DNA of 64,000 nt from Acanthaster planci (taxonomy: Eukaryota). The DNA lies in the NCBI RefSeq assembly GCF_001949145.1, contig NW_019091358.1:1488961-1552960 (forward strand). Reading direction: 5' to 3'. Position numbers and translations under genes: made by a program. The stretch's first letter is position 1. The number at the start of each line of letters is the position of its first letter. The notes below the pieces were generated by a model that was not told where the DNA came from, made no database searches, and was given only the letters and a program-made list of their open reading frames with translations. Positions 22,099 to 36,130 of the stretch are shown here, piece after piece.

Positions 22099-24424
22099 AA
22101 AGATAGTATAGCGCTGCGCGCCGCTCTATACTATTTTTGGTTACTACTATTTTAGGGGGAACCTTCTGGGAAAAGCGAAAAAAAATTTGTGGCTAACCCC
22201 AGAAAATTTTAACGAAAAGTGATCTTCTAGCTGTAATCTTGAATTTACAGAGGAAAAATGGAGGCCAACCTCTTCCCGAGAATCAACAGGCGGCGCTATT
22301 TCAGTTTGATTTTGCACTGTTTTCTATGGGAGCGTATTTAGGTGTAGTGCAACCCTATGGACCTTATCGCAGGTAATTGTTTTTTTATACTCCGCGTGCG
22401 GACGCAAAGGACAGTGGGTAAAATTGTGGTCAACAAAACCCGCTGATTGCTGTTTGTCATACGTAAAGTTGCAGCCGTGCCTGGTTTGAAATGAAAATGT
22501 AACACCATGAAAATCGGTCTCTTTTAAATTTTAAAACCATGAATCTCTACTGAAATAAGCGACGATGAAGTGTGGAGTCACATCCGAGGTTTACCTGTAA
22601 ATACACTGAAGGAGATCTTGACAACGGCAGAAATTCCAACGTCAACAACGAAAGAAAGTCCTTAGAGAACTTTTCTACGCCGTTTAGTAAGGGTTTCCGG
22701 TATTTGCTCAATGCAAATGAAGAGAAAGAGAGCAGACGGCAAGCTAGACTTTGCATACTTAGGTTTAGAGAAAACTTCAAGCTGCTTCACCTACTTACAC
22801 TTGAGGGCTGGGAAGACACTGGGAAGACACTTCAGGCAACATACCACCAATTGGCCCGGAGAGCATTGCCTGAATCAATATTTCCGGAGACGTAAGTGTT
22901 CATTCATGTGATCAATGCAATGGTGGGAAAGATTTTACAGTTAATTATCCGGTTGCAAACGGAAATCGTCTGAGGTACCTGACAGCAGAAAAACTTACGT
23001 TCGTGGACAGGTATTCATCCATAAATATTCAAAAATTAATCAGTTACCTAAGACACTTAAGTATGACAATTAAGTCTGTTTCTCCGACACGGACGGCCGT
23101 GTGCTATACGATGCTACCACGGTCACTGCCTGTCTGGAAACAGAATTTATTTCCTTTGCGTACGGCTTGGTTGTAATTATTTTTGTATCAGTTATGATCT
23201 CTATGAAAGTCATTGTTGATGGAATATTGAAATGACAGGAATCTAGAACTGAAAAAGTACGTCAAATGTTCTTAGAAAATACTTTGTACGCGACCAACTG
23301 TGAGCTAGGATGCTGCAGTCTTTCCTCCAACTGCACACACTTCATCCATGATATATCCGTGAATCTAGCCATTTTTATACATGGAAGAACTTTTTATATA
23401 ACATGCCGAGTCATTGTCTAGCTTACTTGTCTATGTTTTTTTCTTCTAGGCTATCCTTGAAGAATGAATCATTTAGGGACGTAGGACAGGAATTGCTGCA
23501 GCTGTACTTCTGTTTCTACTTATTGTATGCATTCGACTTTGTTTATTTTCAAGGTTCATCAGTAACTGAGTGGATTCATAAACTGAAAATGACAGTTTGT
23601 TTTCAAATAAAGATTCTTCTGATAGTTGTTACTGTCAAAACATACTCACAAAATGACAGGAAGAAGACACAATGTGTAAACAGATAATGATTTCAGTCTT
23701 TGATACAAACCTGGCATAAACTTTAAAACTGTATAGGGGCTTACATTTTAATTTAATCGTTTACAACTACAGTCATTTGCAAAAGTTTAAGAACACTTGG
23801 AATTTTATTGGTATGTTTGTCACTGGACCTGTATTACATTGTCTCATTGAATGATTACTTAACATGTTTTACAGTTGTGCGTAATATCAGTGTTTTTTAT
23901 AGCTGATTTCAGTTTTTTTGTGTGTGTAGATGTTGACCCCGAATTTACTCTCTTTTGAACACTTGGTCTGTACAAAAATATGGGAACTTTTTACATTACA
24001 GCTTTTTCTAGCTGTTTCCAGCTTTATTTCAAGTGGCCATTCACACCCTTACCCCTGTACAACAGGCAGCTCAAGAGGGACGGAATTATCCAGAATTGTC
24101 TCTTCGCCCTCTTTTGACCGCAGCAGCCTTGGTTCCCTCTCCTCTTTGACCTATTGATATCACCCTGCCATCCTGGTATATATCATATTTGTGAATAAAT
24201 TGTGGTTGAGGATAATGTAGACATCATTTGCTTTAGACCTGTATCCGTTCTTGTATACTCATATCCTAAGTACTCTTCAGTTTTAATCAGGGGAACGTTC
24301 CACCTTCCTCCCGCCGTCCAACTGACGTGGGGCTAGTCCGCTAAACTACCAATATTGAGGATCGATATCGGAAGCCCAGGAGACACGCATCACGTTAACA
24401 CCTTGGATGCTACCATGCTGTGAA

Positions 24425-25410
24425 GGGATGTCGGACAACTCGACCGTTTGCCAACTCGACTTCGGACAACTCGACCGTTTGCCAAGTCATCCGTTAGGAC
24501 AACTCGACTCTGACAGTGAGACAACTCGACCAGTGAGATCTCTTCACATTATACAGTCGTTTTCCCAGTTCAAGATAGCCAAATTATTCAATCAGATTGC
24601 AGCTCTACATACATCGTCGAATTCCAGTGAAATGTGGTCACCGTCCACCTTGTGTGATAACGATACCAGGGTTACCACCAAATCAGTTTCAAATTTTAAA
24701 TTTTTAATTCGAACGTACGGAATCGACGAAAGTGGGGACGCTTTTTCTCGTTCTGGATCGGTTTTCGGAAAGTAACCACGTGAGAGGCAAATCTATTTTC
24801 AGCCAGAACCATTGTAAAAAGCTTATATATATTTTCTAATGAAAAATTCCTCAGTTTAGAAAATTTGGCTCATAAATAAGAATTCCAATGAATTTTTTAA
24901 AAAATTGGATCTTGTGTAAATTTCGACTCAACTTTTTGAGCTGCACAGCGTGAGCCATCAACCATACTACCTTGCACCGCGCAGGTGAAGAACCCATTAC
25001 GTCACGACATTTCTGCAACGTCCGCATAGCGAGATGAGCTCGATAAGTATATTGCGTGCATGCACTTAATGCGTGATCCAAAACTAGGTAACAATACGCG
25101 TTCAGTTTTCGGCCAGTTTTAATAAAAGGCAACCTTGAAAGTCATTTTGATTAAACAGACATTAGATGCAAGAGCTTATATGACTGTTGAGTGTGAAAAA
25201 AGGATTGGGATCACTCGCAGTGAGTGGCATATATCGCCATAGACTATTCGGCTTTTTTCCCTGCTATCGTTCCAAAATGTCAAAGTGCAAATCAGAATTC
25301 TGGCCAAAATTTCGATTTGTCTCTCCCTTTTACGCACGGACGGTCCAGTTGTCTCAATGGTCGAGTTGTCCGAAGTCGAGTTGGCAAACGGTCGAGTTGT
25401 CCGGACCCCC
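24425..25410. mobile_element. ~1-kb foldback-like non-autonomous transposon with repetitive TIRs
   Basis: CGGACAACTCGACCGTTTGCCAACTCGACTTCGGACAACTCGACC at the left end is perfectly inverted at the right end (25359-25403). Confidence 0.8.
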
Positions 25411-28097
25411 CATGAAGTATGTGTTTCAAACTGAGGGTCTCTTACGAGCAGTAAAGCCCTCCAACAGGTTGGCCGATCAGCAGCCTGTAATGCCCGAAAA
25501 GCAACCGTACTCACAACTAGATAGGCAGCTCCCGGGTATGTCTAAGCAACCTTTTTCATATTTGAATGGACTCAGTTTAGACCTGTGTTACCCTACCTGT
25601 CCCTTCCCTCCCAAACTGCTATCTAACTGTGCTACTCTGCAAATGTAGGTAAAACAGAGATGAGTTGTTTTCTATAGGCCTAATGCAATTCCCAAAATCC
25701 AAGGGGATTTTCCGTTCTAGTAAGAGAACACTCGCCTCTGTCTACCATCCTTTTGTGTTAAAGAAACAGAAACAAAAACCGGGAGAGAGATTTTAAAAAA
25801 CAAAATCTCCCCCCCCCAAAAAAAAACACACACACACACACAAATGCATCCTCCTCAAGCAGAAGCGCCACCTCATCGACTGAAAAGAGCCGAGTTGGTC
25901 GACAGGTTTCATTTTGTTGTTAGCAATGCGACCGTTTCGCGCGCATTTCCCAGTCGTTTGTAATCCCGCGAGGTTCAGTTCCGACCAAAGGAGCCTCCGT
26001 TGCTAAGAAAATAGCGTCCTCTCTTTGTCCTGCTCGAGGCCCACATTAGGGACAGGTCCAACCTCTGTTGCGAAAAATTCAATATTTGGGTGATAACAAC
26101 TTTAGTGTATATGTGGACATCAATCTTAGCCAATTGCAACACATGCAAGAAGTATCCTTGCTCTTGAACCGGGCAGGGAAAAAACTATCATGAAGGCCAC
26201 ACCCCAATCAACCGACGTAAACTAAGCCAGGTCGTTTGCCATTTTACCACACTGCATGTGCAGGTGTGAAAGCAAGTAGCTGTGAACGTCCTTGTAATTA
26301 GTTCATCCATGGTTCAGCGAACCATGAAGCAAATCGCACTAGTCAGTGACGCGGGGACAACACTAAAACGTGATGAGCGGACGTGCCTCAGTTCACCTTG
26401 TCTATTGTGTGCCTAAACTCGACGCCCTATTGACCTGCAGTATGACCTTAGTTCTTGCTCGTGTAGACTGCAGCTGGACCGCTGTGTAGTTCACATGACC
26501 ACCGACATCGTTAGACTGTGCAACGTTTATCTTTATAATTCAAGACTCGGAGAATTTGTAACTTACATAGGTTTTTAGGTGGACAGAGACACAGGGTACG
26601 TGAGACACAGGTAACGTATGACTCTCTTTGGCAGGTATAAGTTATTACCCAGCTGGTAGTGTGCACCGTAAGCCCTGTATTTTCAACATAACTAGAATTG
26701 CTTCGGCATGGTAATTCTGCAATAGGTCTTCGAATAGCACAACTCAGGTGTGTTCAGCGACGACATTGGTCAGTTTGCTAGTATCAAGAGCTAACATGCG
26801 AACCCAACCGGGGGGGGGGGAGGGCCAAGGGCATGGGTGTAAATCCCAGGGGAATGGGGGTATATCAACTCACCTTTGGGTGGGGTGGATGGGCTATTGA
26901 ATCATCTTTCCACCGTTTGTGGTGAGTAAAAAATTAAAGCGGATTGTAAAGAGACTTTCATTTACTAACATGCGTTCGATATATCACACATAAAGGGAAA
27001 ACAATTTAAAAAGCCATAGTTACGCGCTCAGTATTCAATCATTTGGCACCCCACCCGCTTTATACATTTCATGATTTCAAGGGGTTGACGGAGCCATGAC
27101 CTTTCACGGTGCTCCATTGTATTTCCGCATTTTAATTAATGAACCCGGAGAGGTTTATCTGTCCTTGACCAAGTATAGAGATAAATGATCCATGAAAGTT
27201 CCATGGACTCAACCGATTAAAAAAATAATAAAAATACATAGCTCCCCTGTGGAATAAAACTAGCATAAGAGCAAAAAAGCCTTACAAACCCCTCTCATTT
27301 TGCCTACAGTTTGTATGGATAGCAAGAGTTTGCAGAAAGCCGCCCTTTGGTTGGTTTTCAATTTTACCTGAAATTCGTTTAACATGTACATTCTTTCCAT
27401 TAATTTGAAAGCGAGTTGTTTTTCCATTTAGTATTCATTAATAATACGTGTATCTGATGTTTGGTACCTGCGCGGGATTTTAACACTTTTTGAATTATTC
27501 ATTTACTTTTGTACTGACGTCTAGCCACAGTGTTGCTGTAGCAGTTGTGCAGCAAAATCTCTGTTTAAATTTAAGTCAAAATTACATTGTGGTTTCTTTA
27601 AAAAAATTCTCTAATCCCACAATATTTGTAATTTACTGTATAATCTCTTTTCAGGTACACTTTAATAGTTTCATTTTGCATTACATGTCTGCAAACCATT
27701 ACATCATATTTAGGAAGTTCAACCTACATGTAATTAGCATTTGCTCTTCCCCAGGGCATTTGGATAGCTGTGTCTTTTAATACACATGGGGTACAAGGAT
27801 TCATTGTGATTATGTTTTCTTAGCCATGCAGTCAGCAGTGTCTGATTTGTAAATTTCACCACTAAAAGCTTTATCAGTAAGCCAAGTTGTATTTCCAGAG
27901 TTTGATTATAATGTGGTTCCCAGATCATTCCTGTGATTAATAGACCTTAAGATAGCCCTTTATGGCGAATTTAGTTTTATTTTGACCCTACAAAGCAACG
28001 ATGAAAATCTGGAAAAGTTCATGAGACTGTCAGTTAAACTAAAGTGTACTTAATGTTATAGTGTAAACACACCCACACAAGTGTGTGAACGCCTTCA

Positions 28098-28430
28098 ATC
28101 GTGGACTTCCTATTGTTCCTCTTTTGTTCATACTTGAACTTTTTCGGAAGACCTCCCCCCCATATGTTTTGTACACGTTTTCCAACCGTAGACTCTTTGG
28201 CAACCGTGGACCCTATTGTCCGCTATTGTTATAGGTCCATGACTGACGGCGCTTACACACTCACGCAAGTGTGTATTTGCATGCAACTGGGGACCCCCTA
28301 TTGTTCCTCTTTTGTTTGTACTTCAACTTTTTTACAGGACCACCCATATGTTTTGTACACAGTTGTCAATCGGGGACCCTCTGTTAATCGGGGACCTTAT
28401 TGTCCTCTATTGTTCAGGGTCCCCAATTGA
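28098..28430 (+). repeat. Diverged ~190-bp tandem duplication
   Basis: CCTATTGTTCCTCTTTTGTT..TACTT.AACTTTTT...CCCATATGTTTTGTACAC...GGACC.TATTGTCC.CTATTGTT occurs twice. Confidence 0.7.
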
Positions 28431-31090
28431 ATGCAGAAACAAACTCACACACACCCAAATGTTCCACGCACCACGTTCCACTTACCTAGGTTTAGGCCAT
28501 CTTTTTCTCATGCTCTTCCCCGGGTTATGATGTGATTTGTGTTTTTTCATATACTTTTATCAATTTTCAGAGTGTTACCTAACGTCTGGGACTTATAGGC
28601 CTAGTGTTTATTTTTTACCACCTATCGTTTGAGGCCTACGTCCAACTTGTGAAGTTGTCTAAATGACGGAGTCGCCATTAGCCAGTAGCCTGGCCCCTTT
28701 GACAGTACTAGTGTATAGTTGTTCTTCACATAAGTTTGTGAAACCTAAAACAGGCGTTTGAATAATAATCACGGGGCACAGATGCAGAGAAGTCCTGTGC
28801 ATTTGTTAAAAGTTGACCGAAACTCCACTTGGAGTCAAGTGACTTTTTGAGGCAGTCGCACATAGTTTTAGCAGTCTCTATTAAAACACAGCTGTGACGT
28901 AAAAAGATCAGACCCTATTAACTACAGTAACGGTGAAAATTTCACGTTATCTGGATGCTATGGGGTACCAAAATGTGACGTCATGCACGTAGAAGCAGTA
29001 CATGCCGTACAAACGGAGTACCCACGCGCATGGTACACGCTTGGTTCGCCCCCAATGTGCTCAAAAGACATTGGTGCAAGTTCCAGGGCGTGAATCAACA
29101 CCGGCGGGCGCGTTCTCCATTGTTTGCATACACCTCCTGCTTGAATTTGACGTCACTCTTCGGTAGGCCTACTCCAAACGGACACGGTACACTCTGTTTA
29201 ATACGAATGCCTGAAACGTGGGTTGTTCAAAGGTACCATTCACTGTTTATGTTAGGAAGAAGTTTACACCTCAAGTTGATGTTTAGATTTCTTCTCAAAG
29301 CGCTTGTGATTCGAGCAGTGTTAGCGTAGGACCTGAGAACGCCTTCCCGAGGCTTGTGTCTGCTAGTTTGGGTGATTAATGATATAAAGGTTTCCTGGCA
29401 ATGGATTGTATTCTTGTATTGTGTAGTTTCTCGAAATCGTTTTTACTAAAATATCAACAAATAGAGTATCAGAAAATTAAGATTCCTGTTGTTGCCAATT
29501 TCTCTTGAATCTTTTCAAAACCCGGCATAAAAGACTAAGGTGCATTTATTACAAATGTGAATTTATTCATGAAGGTAAGTATGTATTATTTTGTCAGGAA
29601 TTTGTTTCACAGGCGTATGATTTGCTTTCGGAAATTGTGAGATAAATTAGCTTTTAACTTCCCCAGTGTTGTGACTTTTTAAGCGAGTTTCAACTATATT
29701 GTTCATTTTACCTCTGGGTGTGGAGATACAATGATGGCTAACGCCTGTGTCCTTAAATTTAAATGAACCACCAGTTATTTCGAATTGTGCCTAATTGCTG
29801 ATTTAAATGCATACCATTCAACTATTTGGAACGCCCTGGTTTAAATCGCTTTCGAATGACGTGTCCACTCTAAAATACATTCTTTTAGTGTGAGACATGT
29901 AATTTGCGTTGACCAGTTCAGTAATTTTCCCTTTGGAGGAACTTGCTCTTTATATTTTGTGGTTAATCATTGGCGTATCAAATGTGATTCATTTTTCAGG
30001 AAATAAAAAATTCATTAACGGAGGTCACTTTTTGAGCAGTGTTCCACCAGTGTTCCATAAATTGGCCCTTCAGGCACGAGTGTTACTCTACCCTAGGTAC
30101 ACCACTTCAGTGGTGCTTGAAGGCGCTGGGGCCTTGCGTTGCGTTTTGATGGTAAGCTGAAGTAAGCCACAAGGCATGGCTAGTTTTTAAGCTTTTTTCC
30201 GACATTGCCAATTCGAACACCGAAACTTTTCTTGTGTGTGGATAATGTCGGTTTTTGTCTTCATGGCGCGCCTTTGCAGTGTTTATTTTTCTTACACTAT
30301 CAAACCTTTTATAGGCCGCCGAATATTCATATAGGCCACGTGACCTGCATGGTAGTGGTCGCAAATTAGGACACACTATGGTATCTCATTAACTGTTGGA
30401 GTTACGGCCAGGGTGAATTTATTTTAAAAGGGTTACCAAGTTGTATTTAAGACCATTTTCCTACGAAGGATTTTACACCAAGGTAACGTTTCCTTAGTGT
30501 ACACGATCTGTAAAACCTCAAAAACAGGACTGTCTAATTATCTTTAAATGTCTCAAATACCTGTAAAGCTAGTAAATAATAATGCAGTTACTACAAAAAT
30601 AGCAAAAGGTCACACGAATATGCATAAGCATAATAATATGATATTGATATGAAAATAAGTTGTAGGAGACGGGGTTTCAATTGCGCTGTTTTGACTCCCG
30701 TGGCAGTACTGAGTAACATTATCGGTCAGACTGCATTTGTAATAGTCAGTATAGTCATAGTCGAGTGATGTGTCATTCAATAAAATTATAGTCGTGTTAT
30801 CAGGAGACTATTTCTTCATGCTGGCCTGCAGCTCTTTGTTTTAGCCGATTTCGCATTGTCAGTTGCTAACTCATGTGATATACTTTTGATTTGTTGTTTG
30901 TTTTGTTTTGTTTGTTTGTTTTCCTTTGTGAACGATTCTGCTGGTAGCGCAACTTCAGGCCCTCAAACGTTTTCGATTCGTATTGTAGATTGCCGTAGCC
31001 AGCAAGTAGTTGCAGCAGGTTTGGTAATTGACATTTCGTGGGATACATGCATGTTATTGCCTCGCTGTTGATTAATTCAGAACTACGGAG

Positions 31091-32736
31091 ATGCCTCGGG
31101 GATCAGACGTTACAGTTGTGGTCGCCATCCTGTATGTGACCGTCTTGGCGTCAGCTTTGGACAAGGGTGAGATTCTGGACATGTCCTATGCATTCAGCGA
31201 ATCTACTCTGTACTGGCCCGGTCTTGGAAGTTTTGAAATGGAAATTCTGTCTCGGGGACCATCTGGTGATATACCATGGTAAGAATAAGCCAGCTTATTA
31301 TTTTTAAAAGGCAGGGTCAAACGAGACCAAAGGGTGCGCGCGAGTTTGCGTATGACTTCGTACAGGTGCATTCCTGTTCTCAAATGACCTTGGACGTGAT
31401 TATTTTGCACATCCGGTGTTGGAATATCAAACCTTGCTCATGGATGCTTTTTAACAGCATTATTAATTACGAATTGCAGTTCAGTGTGGCATAGCAGGAA
31501 TTTAAGCTTTTTCTCCTCAATTTTTAAACAAAGGACTTGGCTTTCTATCCTGACAAAAGAAAAAGTGTGATGATCATTCGCTTCTGAAAAAGATTCCGAG
31601 CAGTTGATGAACGACTGAACCAATGCAGAGCACCACAGTGCTTCTGTTAAATGCCAATTTAAGAGAGCAATGGAGGATTCAGAACCAAATTTTGAGGCCA
31701 AACTTTTGGGGGAAGGTAAAACTTTTGGACCGTCCATTTCTGAGGGGTGAGGGTAGATTTAGGAACGTTTGCACGCTTTGGGGGTAAGAAAAAAAGAACA
31801 CCACGTGTTATTATCTTACATAAAGCTCTTTCTGGAGGGGCATGGATCCTCGCCCCCAGGTGTGTCAGAGTCTGAGTTGAAACACGCTTTTGGGAAGAAA
31901 ACAAAAGCGGTGTGATAGGCCTGGTTACTCAAGAAAGCAAAGCTCAGCATTCTACAAATTTTGTCAAACTTAGAAATTCAGCCCTTTTCTTTATCACAGA
32001 ACTAATGATGGAATACCTTCTTTTGTACCTGTAAAGGTTCGAGGCCAACACATATGCAGGCCCGGAACATGGCGGGACTCACCTTGACGCCCCTGCTCAC
32101 CTGTCTGAGGGACAGCTGCGAGTGGATGAAATACCTCTCAGCAAGCTTAAGGGTCCAGCCGTTCGGGTGGACATATCTGATAAAGCCAACGCAAACGCGG
32201 ACTACGAGGTGTCGGCTCAGGATCTACAGGACTGGGAAGGTGTCCACGGCAGGATTCCAGACGGCTCTCTGCTCTTCGTCTACACCGGTTGGGGAGCTTT
32301 CTATCCAGATCGGCTTGCCTACTTTGGGTCACCGCGCAATGATACTTACCTGAATAACCAAGGGGAATCACTACTTCATTTTCCAGGCGTCGCGTCAGAG
32401 GCAGCTACGTGGTTGGTAGCAAATCGGAAGATATCAGGTCTTGGGATCGACACGCCATCCATCGACTATGGTCAGAGCCTTGTTTTCACGAGCCACCAGA
32501 TTTTATTTGGGGCAAACATCTACGGCATGGAGAACGTAGCTAACCTAGATCAACTTCCAAACACGGGAGCCAAGGTGTACGCCCTCCCAATGAAAATTGA
32601 AGAAGGGAGCGGAGCACCCGTTCGCATCATCGCCATGTTGGATGAAGAGGGTACCTCTGCTGCATCCACTGTTTCTGTTGCAAATGGGGCGTTGCATATA
32701 GTGCTTGTGTTTGCTTCATGTTCTGCTTGGTTGTAA
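31091..32736 (+). CDS. Cyclase-family metallohydrolase paralog 2; exons 31091-31278 and 32037-32736, ~295 aa, signal peptide and GPI-like tail
   Basis: Exon 1 MPRGSDVTVVVAILYVTVLASALDKGEILDMSY...DIPW ends TG|gtaaga. Acceptor gtaaag|G at 32036, then FEANTYAGPEHGGTHLDAPAH. Colinear with paralog 1 through GSGAPVRIIAMLDEEGTSAA. Confidence 0.92.
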
Positions 32737-35439
32737 GAAAGGGGAATTCCAAGATTGTGAATTTAAATTAGATATTTTGTGAAGATATAAAGGTAATTTG
32801 GGTGATCTGTTTATGATTATGCTAGAGTTTTGTTAGCAGAGGAGAATTTCTAGAAACTAAGACGGATGCTTCCCACAAGACCATTAACTTCTTCTTACTG
32901 ACTCCTTTTGTTAGGGCAAAAAGGGTGGTGACGATAGAGCAGGTATAAGCTGTTCTCGGACAGTTCCTTGTTTCAAAACAGACGATGTGCTTTCCAGATC
33001 AACGCATGTTAATGTCAAGTTTCCAAAATAAAATGACCAGACTTCATTTTCGATTAATGCTCGGTTTTGGCTCTCTGTATATAACCCAACAAATTTCGGC
33101 TGAGGTCATTATCAGCTTAGGAAGCCCAGCCGGTTTTAACTCATTGGTTTTTGTTTTAAAGGCTGGCAGGTACTTATTCCCTATGCACTGTCCCTTCGCC
33201 AGGATCATGTTTTCTCCCACTGTACGCGCTATTCAAGTTCACCATTTTTCTTCAACCGCTCTTAGCCATTGCACGTCAATCGCTTCATAATCGCCACCAT
33301 AACTCGTTGGTAGTAGAAGAATCGAGTGGTCATATTCTGATGCTGTAGCAGCTAAAGTTGAACATTTATGTATGGTATTCAATGATTGCAAAAAAGAGAT
33401 TAATCCTAACAGTCCGCAGTCCTCCAACAGGTGAAGGATTGAGGAGTGTTAGGGTTAATGTAATAAAGTTTTATATTCGATTGGTAAGTCATGCACAGAC
33501 TATTGGTCTTTCATAAATATCGTTGTCTCTGTTTTTTGAGTAGCATGACCATATAAATTTTGTGGACACTTAAAAATAAAATAAGAAAGTGGAAAATTTC
33601 CCTCACCATTAATCAAGTGGGCCACATATAGTAGTTTGATGTTATCAAATGTTACTGATCAACAAGCCAGTTGAAATAGTAACTGTACATAGTGTGGCGA
33701 AATCTCCCGAACGTAATGGTTTCCTCGTTCCTCCTGAGCCTAATTTCTTCCTCTTTCCAGAGACCAACAAACCAGTCTCAAGGCTGACGATACAAGCTCG
33801 TTTGGATGGAAATATACCGCCGATGGAATTAATTGCATAAAGCTGCTGAATACGTCGCAAAATAACACGGCCGGACACCTGATTGATTGACTCGGTGTAA
33901 TTCCGATTTTATGAATTGTTCAAGGAAATGAAAGTGCAATAAATGTGGAATGTTTTGGGTATAACTTTTTTTAGTGAACCTGCTTTATGGCTGACCCTTC
34001 TCGTGCAAGGTTGAGTACCCCGCTGTATGGCTGACAACGTTGCTATACGGTTATCAGCGTTGCCGTATGACTGACTGCAATGCTGATACGATATCAATTC
34101 ACAACTGCAGTGGAATTCATTTGAATGCATGTGTGGTTTACAACAGCTATGGGTTCTCTAGACAACCATATGAGACGCAGCCAGAAGAAAGCTAAGTCGG
34201 CCCCTATTTACCCGACATAGTCCATAAGCAGTAAACGCCGACGCCGCCCCAACCTTCGGCTCGCTCCCCCACACTTGGCTTACCCAACATGTGAAGCTTT
34301 TAAGCCTTCTACACGTGGAGTTCTGTTCCTCGCTCCAACGAGGAATGAATCACTCTTAACTACATTGTGTGGTTTACTAGCTTGCTCCTACGAAGAACGA
34401 ACCACTTCATTCAGTGTGTGGCTTACTACACCTATTCTTCGCCCCAACGGAAAATGACTGTTTCAGCTTTCCCTTCACCTACATGCTACTGGGCCGAACG
34501 TACGTTGACCACCGGCGCCAACCTAGCGGTCTCAGCCCCTCTAATACGCATTACACACTGCAACTCAACCCGCTGGTCACCTAGATCGTGAATATAAGCC
34601 CCATTGTCGACGGCACTAAAAAGATACAGGGAATGACACTCTAAGGGAAAAACGATTTGATGATACGTACTTGAGAAGTACTGTTTAATCTGGGTGGGAA
34701 AATAAAATCTATCCTAACGAAGCAAATGAGGCTCATATATGTTCCACTTAGGGCTTGCTGTTGGAAGTAAGAGTACCAGCCAACGTTCGCTTCTTTTTTC
34801 ATATGTTTCTACACCTAAAAGGAAAATTTAAAGGTTAACAGAAATTGAAAACATTTAGTTTACATGAAGTATTTCAAAATAACAATAAAAACGTATTGCA
34901 AAAACATCATATATTCAATGTTTACCCCATTAATTGTGATCCCAAAATGAATAAAAAGATCCTGAGTTTCCCCGCCCACAAAAAAAAAATCATCTTTTGG
35001 CCATTCGTGCTCCCAGGCTGATTTGATGACGTCATTGGCAGAACGCCTTCATGTCCGGTGTACATGTACATTGCATGATTGCGCACAGTACATGCAGTAT
35101 CGCACTCTTGCAATAGGCCTAGCTGCGTTCGATGTAGCTTGGCCCACTGGCAAACACTGTCTCCGTTCAAGGTAGAAATTAAAAAGATACAGTCTTACTG
35201 TGTATTTCTTGAACCGAGACGTAATGAACGAAGGATTCTAATTTGTTTGTTATCAAACTGTACATAAATCAAGGTCTTTATGACAGTGTACACAAATGAT
35301 ATGTTACAAAGGAAAACCTGATCAAAATGAAGATATTTTGTGAGGATGTCAGAGAATTGTAACGTCGGGGTTCATTCAGAGGGATTATGGGACTTTTGGG
35401 GGTTCCTTTGGGCCTTCCCGCATTTCTTCAAGTTCTCTC

Positions 35440-36130
35440 TCCTCATCCATCAATGATCTGTCCGGCAAGGCATCGAGGTAGATACGTGCGAGCATGGTTG
35501 TACCAAGCTGTGCACTTTGCAGGTGTCACCTCACCAATGACAGATCTCCATATATACTTGCATGCAGGTTTACACCAGCTTGGACTCTGGCGGCTTCGTC
35601 TCCAAATCTGTCCTATAATTCATGTGGGCCCTGTGTGCCATTTCTGTCAAATTAAAAAATGGTGAATATGGGGGCAACCGCTTGAGGGTAAAAATCGTCG
35701 GCGTAATGGAGTAGTTCGGCTCGAATATGAGGCTGAGCGTTGTCATATATCGATATATCTGTTCACCAGCCGGGAATAGCAATATAATACCACATTTTTG
35801 TAAAGTTGTCGCTAGGAAATCCTCAAATGTTTCTCTCGTCACAGTATCCGATGATACTCTCCACGAGGAGCACGACCATGAGACCGATGGCTCCATTATG
35901 TTATACCAGTCTCGTTGAGGAACACTGTGTGTCCACATACACCGACCTGCGAATTTCTCCGTTCGGGAACATCTTCCGTTAGCTTACGAATTACAAACAT
36001 ACCATCTAGAGTTCTGGTGATGATACTGGTTGTCTTGAAGGGATTATCGGGAAGATTGGCTCGCGGTTGATTATTTAGTTGTCGTAAAGCTAGGAAGGGG
36101 TTATTATCTATTCTAATGGGAGTATGACGT
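35440..36130 (-). pseudogene. Decayed IS630/Tc1/mariner DDE transposase
   Basis: Frameshifted fragments: TLDGMFVIRKLTEDVPERRNS, VFLNETG (first catalytic D mutated), YDNAQPH (second D), LKRLPPYSPFFNLTE (E motif), and C-terminal VTPAKCTAWYNHARTYLPRCLAGQIIDG*. Confidence 0.8.

Noticed and set aside
22572..23690. 107-aa ORF and nearby exon-like pieces
   Set aside because: No recognisable domain and no consistent exon chain; possibly TE debris.
24431..24535. CRISPR-like repeat array
   Set aside because: Short degenerate tandem units without unique spacers, mirrored 0.9 kb away as a TIR; eukaryotic context with no cas genes.
33000..33900. Coding-like minus-strand fragments downstream of paralog 2
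   Set aside because: Could be a decayed TE ORF, but I could not identify any motif.
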